Below, in pieces: positions 29,292 through 37,900 of a stretch of DNA of 64,000 nucleotides. The translations under genes and the position numbers were made by a program. A model generated the notes under the pieces. It made no database searches. It was not told where the DNA came from and worked only from the letters and a program-made list of their open reading frames with translations. This DNA comes from Thermodesulfobacteriota bacterium (GTDB taxonomy: Bacteria > Desulfobacterota_D > UBA1144 > Nemesobacterales > Mycalebacteriaceae), in the NCBI GenBank assembly GCA_965226585.1, contig OZ245366.1:704001-768000 (forward strand). Reading direction: 5' to 3'. The first letter of the stretch is position 1, and every line of letters starts with the position of its first letter.

Positions 29292-30159
29292 ACGCAAAGC
29301 GGTGATTTTTGCCGCCGCCGCGGCGGCGGTTGTGTGGCTCGCAACGGGGGTGTTCACAATAGACCAGACTCAAGTCGGGGTTGTGGCGCGTTTCGGCAAG
29401 GTGATAAAACTCAGCGAGCCGGGGCTGAATGTGAAACTCCCCTGGCCCGTGGACAAGATTTATAAACTGGACAGCCGTTTGCTCTATATGTCTGCCGGCG
29501 AGCAGGAGATACTCACGCAAGACCAGAAAACGGTTGTTGTCGGCACTTTTCTTGTGTGGAAGATTGAAGACCCGGAACTGTTTGTGAAGGTTGGCAAAAC
29601 CCGCGCCGAGGCGGAAGCGCGCTTGAGGGATTTAACCCGTTCGCAAATGGGCTCAATGGTTGGAAACCTTCAGCTTTCCGGTTTTGTCGGCGTGGGTCCC
29701 GAAAAGATGGACACGCACGTTATCACGAAAGAGGCGACAAAAAAGGTCAACGAGACGGCTCTCCGCAACATGGGTGTTTCGGTAAAACTGCTTGAGATTG
29801 AAACCTTCACTCTGCCCCTGCAAAATCGCGCGAGCGTTATCGCGAGGATGAATTCGGAAAGGCAGATGCTGGCTTCCCGCTACCGCAGTGAGGGTGTGGA
29901 AGCCGCCCTGAAGATAGAGTCAAAGGCGGCGAGTGAGCACAACATCATAATGTCTGAAGCGCACGCCAAAGCCGCCGCAATTCTGGGCGAAGCGGACGCA
30001 GACGCTCTCAAAATAATGGGAGACGCATACAGAAAAAATCCGGGCTTCTTCAAATTCCTGCGCTCGCTTGAGGGATATGAGTCAATAATTGACGAAAAGA
30101 CGACCCTGTTTATACCGTCTGATTCAAAACTTCTGGAGGTGCTGAATGGCTCCGAGTGA
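29284..30159 (+). CDS. hflC: HflC-like SPFH protein
   Basis: PGLNVKLPWP, LTQDQK, RMNSER...YRSEG, FFKFLRSLEGY. Confidence 0.88.
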   Translation: MNKRKAVIFAAAAAAVVWLATGVFTIDQTQVGVVARFGKVIKLSEPGLNVKLPWPVDKIYKLDSRLLYMSAGEQEILTQDQKTVVVGTFLVWKIEDPELFVKVGKTRAEAEARLRDLTRSQMGSMVGNLQLSGFVGVGPEKMDTHVITKEATKKVNETALRNMGVSVKLLEIETFTLPLQNRASVIARMNSERQMLASRYRSEGVEAALKIESKAASEHNIIMSEAHAKAAAILGEADADALKIMGDAYRKNPGFFKFLRSLEGYESIIDEKTTLFIPSDSKLLEVLNGSE

Positions 30160-31387
30160 CACAGGTCACACAGAAGATTCCCCCCGCATCAAGTCGTCTT
30201 TTGAGTGGGTAAAAGCCCGCCGCCGGACATTTGGTGTTGTCGCCGGAGCGTTTGCGGTTTTGCTCGCGCTTTCAAGCGGGCTGTATTCCGTCAAACTCGG
30301 AGAAACCTCCGTGCTCAGGCGTCTCGGCGCGCTCAAAAACGACAATATCCGCCCCGGCCTCCGCTACCGCGTTCCGTTCGGCATAGACAAAACCGACATA
30401 CTTGAGACCGAAACCGTCAGAACAATGTTCGTAACAATCGGCTCAGACAGAATGGCTCTCACGGGAGACTTGAACCTGCTGGGCGTGAACACTGTTACGC
30501 ACTACAGAATAGATGACGCCGGAGACTATATTTTCAGCGCGGAAGACCCCGCCGTTATCATAGAAAAAATTATCAGGGCGGAACTTTTCAACGTTATGTC
30601 CGCCGTGTTCGTGGACATGCTTCTCACAACAGACAAGGCATACGTTCAGCGCCGTGTTCTTGAGCGGCTGCAGGAAAGGATAGACGCGATGGGTCTTGGT
30701 GTTGAGGCGTTGAACTTCAATCTGCTTGATGTTGAGCCGCCGCCTGAAACCGCCGCCGCGTTCCGCTCCGTGAGCGACGCTCTTGTTGACCGTTCCCGAA
30801 TGAAGTTTGATGCGCGTTCCCGTTCAAACACTCTCATATCGCGCACGCGCGGGGAGGCGGAAAGGCTTGTTGACGACTCTTCGGCTTTGGCGACAGAGCG
30901 TGTGGTTCAGGCGGAATCTGACGCGCGGGTTTTTCTGAAGATGCTTGACCAGTATTCCGCCAATCCCGGGCAGGTTCAAACTTCGGCGTACTGGAACCGG
31001 CTTTCCCCGGCTCTGGCGCGGGCGAGGATTGTTGTGGTTGAGCCGGGAGACGGCTCTGACATAGGCATCAACCTGTTTGATTCCGCCGCTTCAATAATGA
31101 GCGGAATGGCGGAAAAATCGCATCCTGCGGCGGCGGCGGGTATGGCGGGAAGTCTTGACAGGGCGATTCACAGCGGCATAACAAATGACCGTATGCCCGG
31201 ATACGGCGGACACAGGGAAAGCAGTGAGGCGCATCCCGCCTCCGTGCCTCAGCCCTCGCGATACGGAACTGACCTTTCGCACATCATTCTTCCGGGCAAG
31301 GGTTCCGGAGGCGCAAGAGCCGCCCCTCCCATTGACGGCGATATAGACGCAGAGGACTCTGAAGATGACGGGGGTGAGGTGAAGTGA
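30146..31387 (+). CDS. hflK: HflK-like SPFH protein
   Basis: PGLRYRVPFGID, LTGDLN, DVEPP..AAF..V, RGEA; low-complexity C-tail. Confidence 0.82.
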   Translation: MAPSDTGHTEDSPRIKSSFEWVKARRRTFGVVAGAFAVLLALSSGLYSVKLGETSVLRRLGALKNDNIRPGLRYRVPFGIDKTDILETETVRTMFVTIGSDRMALTGDLNLLGVNTVTHYRIDDAGDYIFSAEDPAVIIEKIIRAELFNVMSAVFVDMLLTTDKAYVQRRVLERLQERIDAMGLGVEALNFNLLDVEPPPETAAAFRSVSDALVDRSRMKFDARSRSNTLISRTRGEAERLVDDSSALATERVVQAESDARVFLKMLDQYSANPGQVQTSAYWNRLSPALARARIVVVEPGDGSDIGINLFDSAASIMSGMAEKSHPAAAAGMAGSLDRAIHSGITNDRMPGYGGHRESSEAHPASVPQPSRYGTDLSHIILPGKGSGGARAAPPIDGDIDAEDSEDDGGEVK

Positions 31388-32544
31388 GAAGGGCATACGC
31401 AATACTGCTGTTTGTTGTGTGGGCGATGATTGCCGCATCCGTGCCTATGCCGCACGGCGGAGGAGTTCGAGCGGAAGAGGAGATAGTGTTTGGGCAGTCG
31501 GCTGATTTTGCGGGCAGTTCGTCAACACTTGGAATCAATATGCGCGCCGGTATAGCGGCGGCGTTTGGCGAGGTGAATTCACGCGGCGGAGTGGACGGGC
31601 GCAAGTTGAGGCTGATTACCTATAACGATGACTACGAGCCGGAAAAGGCGTCCAAGAACATCACAAAACTGATAAACGAGGATGAGGTGTTTGCCATTGT
31701 GGGAACGGTTGGCACGCCCACGGCGAAGAGTTCCGTGCCCATCGTAACGGTTGACGATGTTCCGTTTGTCGCGCCGCTTACGGGGGCGGGTTTTCTGCGC
31801 AGAAAAGACATCTACCCGACTGTTGTAAATGTGCGGACGACATACGAAAGGGAGGCGGAGGCGATAGTTGACTATCTTGTCAGTGAGCGGGGGCTTAAGC
31901 GCATAGCGGTTTTTTATCAGGATGATTCGTTTGGTTTTTCCGGTTTGAACGGTGTTCGCAAGGCGCTGGAGTCGCGGGGTCTCCGCATAATAGCGACTGC
32001 GTCTTACGCGCGGAATTTGAAGGCGATACACTCCGGCTATTTCAAGATACGCAAGGCGCGCCCTGAGGTGATAATAATGGTGGCGGCGAACCGCCCGGCG
32101 GTTGAGTTTGTGAAGTTTGCGCGTTCGTTTGGTTCGAAGTCCGTATTTGCCGCGCTTTCTTTTGTGGGTTCAGAGTCTTTCGCTTTTGATCTTGGCGAAA
32201 AGGCGGCGGGCGCGCTTATTTCTCAAGTTGTGCCTCTGCCGTGGTCTGATAATCCGCTTGCCAGTCGCTACCGCAAGGCTTTGAAGGTGTATGCGGGCGG
32301 CGAGGTGAGTCCGGGTTTTGTTTCAATGGAGGGCTACATTGCGGGGCGTTTGATAGTTGACGCGCTTGAAAGGGTGGAGGGTGATTTGACGCGGGATAAG
32401 TTTCTTGATGTAATTTTTTCCGGCGGGGCGTTTGATGTTGACGGTTTGGAGCTTGTTTTTTCGGATACTGACAATGAGGGTTTGAAGAAGGTTAATCTGA
32501 CCCGTGTTGCTGATGACGGGAAAAGTTTTGAGGTGGTGAGATGA
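31384..32544 (+). CDS. ABC transporter substrate-binding protein (branched-chain amino acid / LIVBP fold)
   Basis: NSRGGVDGRKL, DDYEP, VGTPT, YQDDSFG. Confidence 0.88.
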   Translation: MRRAYAILLFVVWAMIAASVPMPHGGGVRAEEEIVFGQSADFAGSSSTLGINMRAGIAAAFGEVNSRGGVDGRKLRLITYNDDYEPEKASKNITKLINEDEVFAIVGTVGTPTAKSSVPIVTVDDVPFVAPLTGAGFLRRKDIYPTVVNVRTTYEREAEAIVDYLVSERGLKRIAVFYQDDSFGFSGLNGVRKALESRGLRIIATASYARNLKAIHSGYFKIRKARPEVIIMVAANRPAVEFVKFARSFGSKSVFAALSFVGSESFAFDLGEKAAGALISQVVPLPWSDNPLASRYRKALKVYAGGEVSPGFVSMEGYIAGRLIVDALERVEGDLTRDKFLDVIFSGGAFDVDGLELVFSDTDNEGLKKVNLTRVADDGKSFEVVR

Positions 32545-33026
32545 GTATGAAAGAGCCGGATTTTAAGAATAAGGAGCACTGGCTTCGCAAACAGCATGAG
32601 GTGGTCAACTACCGCCGCAGTTCCATGTATCGCCTCATCATTGAGATGTCGCGCGGTTTGCTTCTTGGAAACGCGGGCGGGCTTGCCACATTGATAGGGA
32701 TAATGTCGTCATCGCAGAGAGTTTCCGAGACCGGGTTTTTCCATTGGATTGCGATAATTACTTCGGTGATGTTTCTCATAGGGCTTTGTTTTTCGTTTGC
32801 CACTTTGATACTTGTAACGTCTGTTTCCGTAAGGGAGGCGCATTCCGCCGAGACCGCGATGAAGAAGTTTTCAGACGGTGATTTTACGAGGGAGCAGATG
32901 CTTTTCTATGTTGAAGACCGAACCCGCAGTATTGCCTCCTCCGCCACAATTTGCGGGATTTTAAGCATAGTTATGATGGGGATTGGAATAGGGCTGGGGC
33001 TTGTGCAGTTGGCTTATTATTTTTAG
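32541..33026 (+). CDS. Hypothetical 3-TM membrane protein
   Basis: ATGA-coupled to upstream gene; three hydrophobic segments. Confidence 0.6.
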   Translation: MSMKEPDFKNKEHWLRKQHEVVNYRRSSMYRLIIEMSRGLLLGNAGGLATLIGIMSSSQRVSETGFFHWIAIITSVMFLIGLCFSFATLILVTSVSVREAHSAETAMKKFSDGDFTREQMLFYVEDRTRSIASSATICGILSIVMMGIGIGLGLVQLAYYF

Positions 33027-33045
33027 TAGGGTGGGGTTGTTAGAG

Positions 33046-34092
33046 ATGTTTTCTAAATTGCAGAAGGCAGTTATTGCCCTTGTTTTCCTTTTTGTGGTTG
33101 TTGTGGGTGCTTTTGTATTTTTTGGGAAATCACACCTATCTGTGGGAGCGTGGTTTGGCTCGGGAGCTACTTATGCAAAACAGCACGATTATTCCGAAGA
33201 GGTAGAGTCATACCGTAAGGCTTTGCAGACAAACCCTGAGAATGTGGAAGTGTGGAATAACTTGGGAGTTGCTTATGGTGAGCAGGGGAAGTATTCCGAA
33301 GCGGTGGAGTCATTTCACGAGGCTTTGAGAATCAATCCTGAATATGTGGAAGCGTGGAATAATTTGGGGCTTGCTTATGGGAAGCAGGGGAAGTATTCCG
33401 AAGAGGTAGAGTCATATCGCAAGGCTTTACAAATTAATCCTGAGAATGCAGAAGCGTGGAATAATTTGGGGCTTGCTTATGATGAGCAGGGGAAGTATTC
33501 CAAAGCGGTAGAGTCGTATCGCAAGGCTGTACGGATTAATCCTGAGTATGCGAGAGCGTGGGCTGGCTTGGGAGTTGTTTATGCGGAGCAGGGGAAGTAT
33601 TCCGAAGCGGTGGAGTCATTTCGCAAGTCTTTGCGAATCAATCCTGAGTATGCGAAGGCATGGAATAATTTGGGAGTTGTTTATGGGAAGCAGAGGAAGT
33701 ATTTCAAAGCGATAGAGTCATATCGTAAGGCTATAAGGATTAATCCTGAGTATGTGGAAGCGTGGGTTGCATTAGGATTTGTTTATGGGATGCAGGGAAA
33801 ATATTCTGAAGCGATAGAATCATACCGTGAATCTTTGCGAATCAATCCTGAGAATGCGGAAGCATGGGCTGGCTTGGGAGTTGTTTATTTGAAACAAGGG
33901 AAGTATTCCGAAGCGATCAAATCATTTCGCAAATCTTTGCGAATCAATCCTGGGTTTGTGGAAGCGTGGACTGGCTTGGCATTTTCTTATAAGGTAAACG
34001 GTCAGGACAGTCAGGCAGTAGAAGCGTATCGGGAAGTAGAAAAGTTTAACCCTGACCTTGCGCGAGATATAAAAAGCGAGATTTTTGATTGA
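33046..34092 (+). CDS. Membrane-anchored tetratricopeptide repeat protein
   Basis: About 8 near-identical 34-aa repeats (EAWNNLG..Y..QGKYSEA..S.RKAL.INPE); N-terminal TM helix. Confidence 0.92.
   Translation: MFSKLQKAVIALVFLFVVVVGAFVFFGKSHLSVGAWFGSGATYAKQHDYSEEVESYRKALQTNPENVEVWNNLGVAYGEQGKYSEAVESFHEALRINPEYVEAWNNLGLAYGKQGKYSEEVESYRKALQINPENAEAWNNLGLAYDEQGKYSKAVESYRKAVRINPEYARAWAGLGVVYAEQGKYSEAVESFRKSLRINPEYAKAWNNLGVVYGKQRKYFKAIESYRKAIRINPEYVEAWVALGFVYGMQGKYSEAIESYRESLRINPENAEAWAGLGVVYLKQGKYSEAIKSFRKSLRINPGFVEAWTGLAFSYKVNGQDSQAVEAYREVEKFNPDLARDIKSEIFD
33190..33985 (+). repeat. 102-bp tandem repeat encoding the TPR units (8 copies)
   Basis: TATTCCGAAG-like anchor at 33190, 33292, 33394, 33496, 33598, 33700, 33802, 33904. 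Confidence 0.9.
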
Positions 34093-34125
34093 GTAGGGTG
34101 GGATAGGGCTAGGTATTTGGTGTAT

Positions 34126-34806
34126 TTACCTTTCCTTTTTCGTTTGGTCGCAGAATTCAATTGCCTTTTGTATTTTTCTTACTGCATTTCTTACCTTGTT
34201 TATTTCTCTTTCTAATTCATCGACTCTGTGACTACAACACCATCTATATTGTTTGCCACTTCCACAAGGGCATTGATTCTTTCTTTTTGCATACTTAATT
34301 TGTGTTTTTTGTTTTTGAAGGTGCTCTATGTTTTCTTCGTGATACTTCTTTGCTTCTTCCAAACCTGCTTTTCCGTGTGAGTAGCCTTTCCACGGCTCTT
34401 TTCCGTGTATTCTTTTATAAGATTGCCAGAATAAGATATGCAGGATTTTATCTTGGATGTATTTAGAGGTTGAAACCCATTCGTATTGTGGGAATACACC
34501 TAAGCACAACTTCCCGTCAATACTTGTGTGAAACTCGTCTTCCCTTGGAATTTTTTTACCTGTTTCATATACGCTCGGAAAATTGAATATGTCTGGTTTG
34601 TTAAAATTTATTTCAATTTCATAAGAGTCCGAAATCGACTCATCATTTTTAACATCTAACCTAACTTTTCTTTCGCGTGGGAAGTACACGCAATCATGAA
34701 ATTCAACAGTTCCCCAAACCCTCTTCTTTCTGGTCTCACAATTCAGACTGGGGAACGTCTTTTGAAGTTCTCTTTTATCTGAATTTGTTAGTTTGACGAT
34801 AACCAC
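34126..34806 (-). CDS. CBASS-associated E2 (ubiquitin-conjugating)-like protein with C-terminal SEC-C motif
   Basis: FHTSIDGKLCLG resembles the E2 catalytic H...G..CL motif; PWKGYSHG; CPCGSGKQYRWCC. Confidence 0.7.
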   Translation of the reverse strand: MVIVKLTNSDKRELQKTFPSLNCETRKKRVWGTVEFHDCVYFPRERKVRLDVKNDESISDSYEIEINFNKPDIFNFPSVYETGKKIPREDEFHTSIDGKLCLGVFPQYEWVSTSKYIQDKILHILFWQSYKRIHGKEPWKGYSHGKAGLEEAKKYHEENIEHLQKQKTQIKYAKRKNQCPCGSGKQYRWCCSHRVDELEREINKVRNAVRKIQKAIEFCDQTKKER

Positions 34807-35777
34807 GGTCTCTCAACACCGACTTCAATATGTGATCTATTTCTATTAGTGCCATTATCATCGCTATCCGCCTCTTTCCCAAGAGGAAATCTCTCCCCGA
34901 AAACTTTTCTCCAATACTCGGAAGATTCTTTTTCGCATTCAGAATCAATAGCACCTCTAGCATTATCAGCCAGTTTCTTTATCTCTTCCATAACCTTTTT
35001 CTCGTTATACTTCTCTAGAAGGTCTTCATCAGTCGGGGTTGTTGGTCTGCAGCAAGTAAAGTTCAACTCTAGAGCACTCTTTATTCTATCAATGGTTTGC
35101 TTCAGCGACAGGTCATCTCTATCATCTTCAGAGAGATTATTACAGGCAAGTATGGTTAGAATGAAACCCGATGGCAGTTTCAAACTTGAATTTTCACTCT
35201 CTCTGTAGTCCTTCCATGCCTTGAGGTACCTTATAATCCTTCTCAATTGCCCTTCGTTATTCGTGTCAGATATTTTTTCTTCTACCCAAACACGGAAACC
35301 TTGAGGGTCGCTTTCTATAAAACCGTCGGCTTTGTGCGCTAACCGGGGCGTATCATCATCTTTTTCTATCCAATACATAGGCAAGTCTATATGGTGCCCG
35401 TCCGCATAAATTACGCGGATGCATGTGTTTTTATCCTGATGGCTCTCCGCATGCCCATCTACCGCCTTCCCAATCCTATCATGATAAGTGATGACCTCTT
35501 TCCGTTCTTCTTTTGGATAAGTGAAATAGACACCATCATCCAAGTCATACTTCTCTTTGATTGAACCGTCATCTTGTTCTTTGGGAATCGGGTTAAGGTT
35601 AGTTTGAAGAGAGAAAGAACCCTGAGAATGAAAACTGGGTAATTCCCATTTCTTTTCTTTAAAGTGTCCTTTTATTTTATCTCTTAGGGCATTTCTGTTG
35701 GTTTTGAGTTTTTCCCTTTTCGAATCTGACAATCTTATTTTAGAGTCAAATGTCGTGAAAAGTTTGTTTGTGTTCAT
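34788..35777 (-). CDS. cGAS/DncV-like nucleotidyltransferase (CD-NTase, SMODS + AGS-C)
   Basis: SQGSF, YDLDDG, HHIDLPMY, SDP, QLRRIIRYLKAWKD, LPSG, WRKVFGERFP; AAGGAGG RBS; ATGA overlap with effector. Confidence 0.9.
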   Translation of the reverse strand: MNTNKLFTTFDSKIRLSDSKREKLKTNRNALRDKIKGHFKEKKWELPSFHSQGSFSLQTNLNPIPKEQDDGSIKEKYDLDDGVYFTYPKEERKEVITYHDRIGKAVDGHAESHQDKNTCIRVIYADGHHIDLPMYWIEKDDDTPRLAHKADGFIESDPQGFRVWVEEKISDTNNEGQLRRIIRYLKAWKDYRESENSSLKLPSGFILTILACNNLSEDDRDDLSLKQTIDRIKSALELNFTCCRPTTPTDEDLLEKYNEKKVMEEIKKLADNARGAIDSECEKESSEYWRKVFGERFPLGKEADSDDNGTNRNRSHIEVGVERPWLSSN

Positions 35778-36373
35778 TTTGAACCTCCTTGTTTTGAAAC
35801 TTTCATGCAACCCTTGGTTTGCGGGTCGCGATTAGTAAAATAGTAGCCTTCCAAGCGTATTGATTCTCCTTTTTCAATAATATCCAGAACACTCATGCCA
35901 TCATGTGCGTTTAAAGTATCTCCATTTTTGCACGACCCTCTGTTGTGGTAGTAGAAATGCAACTTGGAATTTTCAACCTCATCGGTTGTGACAAATGCTT
36001 CCGTACTCTCTGACCGAGTTTCATTTTCTCCTTCTTCATCAGCAAATACTGAGACAATTTTTATGTGGGAGCAGGTTTGTGTAATTGATAAAGTGCAAAG
36101 TTTGGAACGGTTTTTCCCTTCCCAAAAAGACTCTATTTCTCCGCCATACTCGCCGCTAATGTTCGGGACTGTATTTATCCAATTCATTAGTGGTAATTTC
36201 CACAGCCACTTGTCATAAGAGACAATGATAAGCATAACGATTGTTAAAGGTCCTACCCCTTGTAAGATTTCGTACTCCCATAGATTTTCAAAAAATCCTA
36301 ATGATATGTACCAACACACCACGACAAGCGGTAGTAAGTATCTCGGTTTGTAGTACCTCAGATTTATTTTCAT
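35774..36373 (-). CDS. SMODS-associating 2TM beta-strand-rich effector (Cap15-like)
   Basis: Two TM helices, YDKWLWK, PNISGEYGGEIES, ITQT, SES, YYHN, HDG, LEGYYFTNR. Confidence 0.85.
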   Translation of the reverse strand: MKINLRYYKPRYLLPLVVVCWYISLGFFENLWEYEILQGVGPLTIVMLIIVSYDKWLWKLPLMNWINTVPNISGEYGGEIESFWEGKNRSKLCTLSITQTCSHIKIVSVFADEEGENETRSESTEAFVTTDEVENSKLHFYYHNRGSCKNGDTLNAHDGMSVLDIIEKGESIRLEGYYFTNRDPQTKGCMKVSKQGGSK

Positions 36374-36410
36374 AAATCTATATCCCCCTTCCTTCTCAAT
36401 CTCCCCATGG

Positions 36411-36545
36411 TCACAAGCCTTTGCGCCCAATAACATTCAGGATTTGGAGCCACTCAATCCCGACAACCCCATCATATGGCATGAGGATATTTCGGTCAAT
36501 ACCATATGTTGATTTTTGCGTGGTGTTTGATGTTTCTATCTCCAT
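36411..36545 (-). CDS. Possible 44-aa ORF or gene remnant between ATPase and effector
   Basis: MEIETSNTTQKSTYGIDRNILMPYDGVVGIEWLQILNVIGRKGL preceded by AAGGTGG. Confidence 0.3.
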   Translation of the reverse strand: MEIETSNTTQKSTYGIDRNILMPYDGVVGIEWLQILNVIGRKGL

Positions 36546-36557
36546 CACACCACCTTA

Positions 36558-37772
36558 CTACTCATCCCTTTCCTTCTGCCTCAAGATATATTCCCCCAGA
36601 AGCGGGATGGCGAAAGAATACTTGCCGTGTCGGTTCTTAAAAACAAGTCCCTTATCAGCCAATGTAACCAGCATTTGATTTACATGACTGTTACTGAACG
36701 GACTGCCCGAAATAGCTTTCGACTGCTCAACCACTTCTTGAACTGTGAACTCCCCGTCTCTGCGCTTCAACGAAGCAATCGCAAACATAAGGTCACGTTG
36801 GCGATCCGTAGCGCGTGCCCAACGTCCGGCAAAAAAGTCGGCGTCCAGTCTTTGCTCAATTTTCTCGGCGGGAACGAATGCCTTTTCCCCTTTGTCCGAA
36901 AGTTGGATGAACAAATCAAATACTTCCTTGCATATAAACTGTATGAAATATGGATAGCCGCCCGACATTTTAACAATGGTGTTCACCGATTCTGGTGTTA
37001 GCACTATGGGGCTTTCAGAGTTTTCAATTGGCTTTGTTATAGCTTTTCTGCTGTCTTCATCCTTAAGTTTTTCCAGTTCAACCACATGGAACATACGTTC
37101 GGCGAAAGTGCGGGAGTCCACCAGTTTCGGGAATAGTGTCGGCAATCCCGTCAATACCAGCATTAACGGCAAGTTTTTCCGCTGCAGAGACTGGAATGTG
37201 TCAAGCAATAAAGCCATGGGAAACTGCTCTTTTTCCTGATGGTCTGCGAGGTTCTGGGCTTCATCGTAGGCGAATATAATACCGCGAATATTAGAGTCCA
37301 TATGTGAAATTACGCTCCACGACAACTCCAGGACAGCTTTAATCTTATCAAGTGCCAGTCCCGGAGTTTTTTCATACACGTTAATCAAAGCTTGGTAATC
37401 AAGCGTTTGGTGTTGAATTTCCTCCTTGCTGTCAAAGCCGATAGTAGTATGTCGCACAGACTCTACTGAGATGGACGAAGTTATTGAGGACAGGTCGGCA
37501 ATGAGACGTTTCACTAAATTGTCTTCGTTTATACTGGTGGATTCGCTGAGGTCCGTGCCAACCCAGAGCCACTCGCTTTCTATGGCGAGGGGCTTTAAAG
37601 TTTCAAGCAGGACGGTTTTCCCGACACCCCGCAAGCCCGTCAAAACCATGTTTTTCAAAATGATTTCTTGCTTGAGAAGATCTTTGAATTCGTTTTTTTC
37701 TTCCTCTCTTCCCGCAAGATAGGGCGGCTGATGTCCGGCTCCCGGCTTGAAAGGGTTGATCATTTTCTCCAT
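36558..37772 (-). CDS. AAA_16-type ATPase with C-terminal winged helix
   Basis: NPFKPGAG.QPPYLAGRE, GLRGVGKT Walker A, YDEAQ Walker B, GGYPYFIQ, L.DKGLV..RHGKY.F; AGGAGG RBS. Confidence 0.85.
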   Translation of the reverse strand: MEKMINPFKPGAGHQPPYLAGREEEKNEFKDLLKQEIILKNMVLTGLRGVGKTVLLETLKPLAIESEWLWVGTDLSESTSINEDNLVKRLIADLSSITSSISVESVRHTTIGFDSKEEIQHQTLDYQALINVYEKTPGLALDKIKAVLELSWSVISHMDSNIRGIIFAYDEAQNLADHQEKEQFPMALLLDTFQSLQRKNLPLMLVLTGLPTLFPKLVDSRTFAERMFHVVELEKLKDEDSRKAITKPIENSESPIVLTPESVNTIVKMSGGYPYFIQFICKEVFDLFIQLSDKGEKAFVPAEKIEQRLDADFFAGRWARATDRQRDLMFAIASLKRRDGEFTVQEVVEQSKAISGSPFSNSHVNQMLVTLADKGLVFKNRHGKYSFAIPLLGEYILRQKERDE

Positions 37773-37805
37773 TTTTCAGCACCTCCTTTATAGATTAACA
37801 ACGCA

Positions 37806-37839
37806 GACTAAATATAGTGTTGTATCTACTTTTAGTCAA
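37806..37839 (-). promoter_or_regulatory. Sigma70 promoter of the ATPase-CBASS unit with overlapping inverted-repeat operator
   Basis: Minus strand TTGACT(37839-37834)-17 nt-TATATT(37816-37811); IR GACTAAA(37806-37812)/TTTAGTC(37831-37837). Confidence 0.7.
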
Positions 37840-37900
37840 GTGTCGCACAGGCAATAATTCTTTGGCGGCAAACATCTCCAAACCATATAAACTCCCCCGC

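Noticed and set aside
28221..29349. 15-bp identity TGGCTCGCAACGGGG in the permease-HflK fusion and hflC
   Set aside because: Explained by the shared WLATG motif of homologous SPFH N-termini; too short to claim recombination
33190..33985. Regular repeats as a possible CRISPR array
   Set aside because: In-frame 102-bp coding units with no unique spacers and no cas genes
33030..37830. Island as a prophage, ICE or transposon
   Set aside because: No integrase, transposase, phage genes or att-like repeats spanning the island were found
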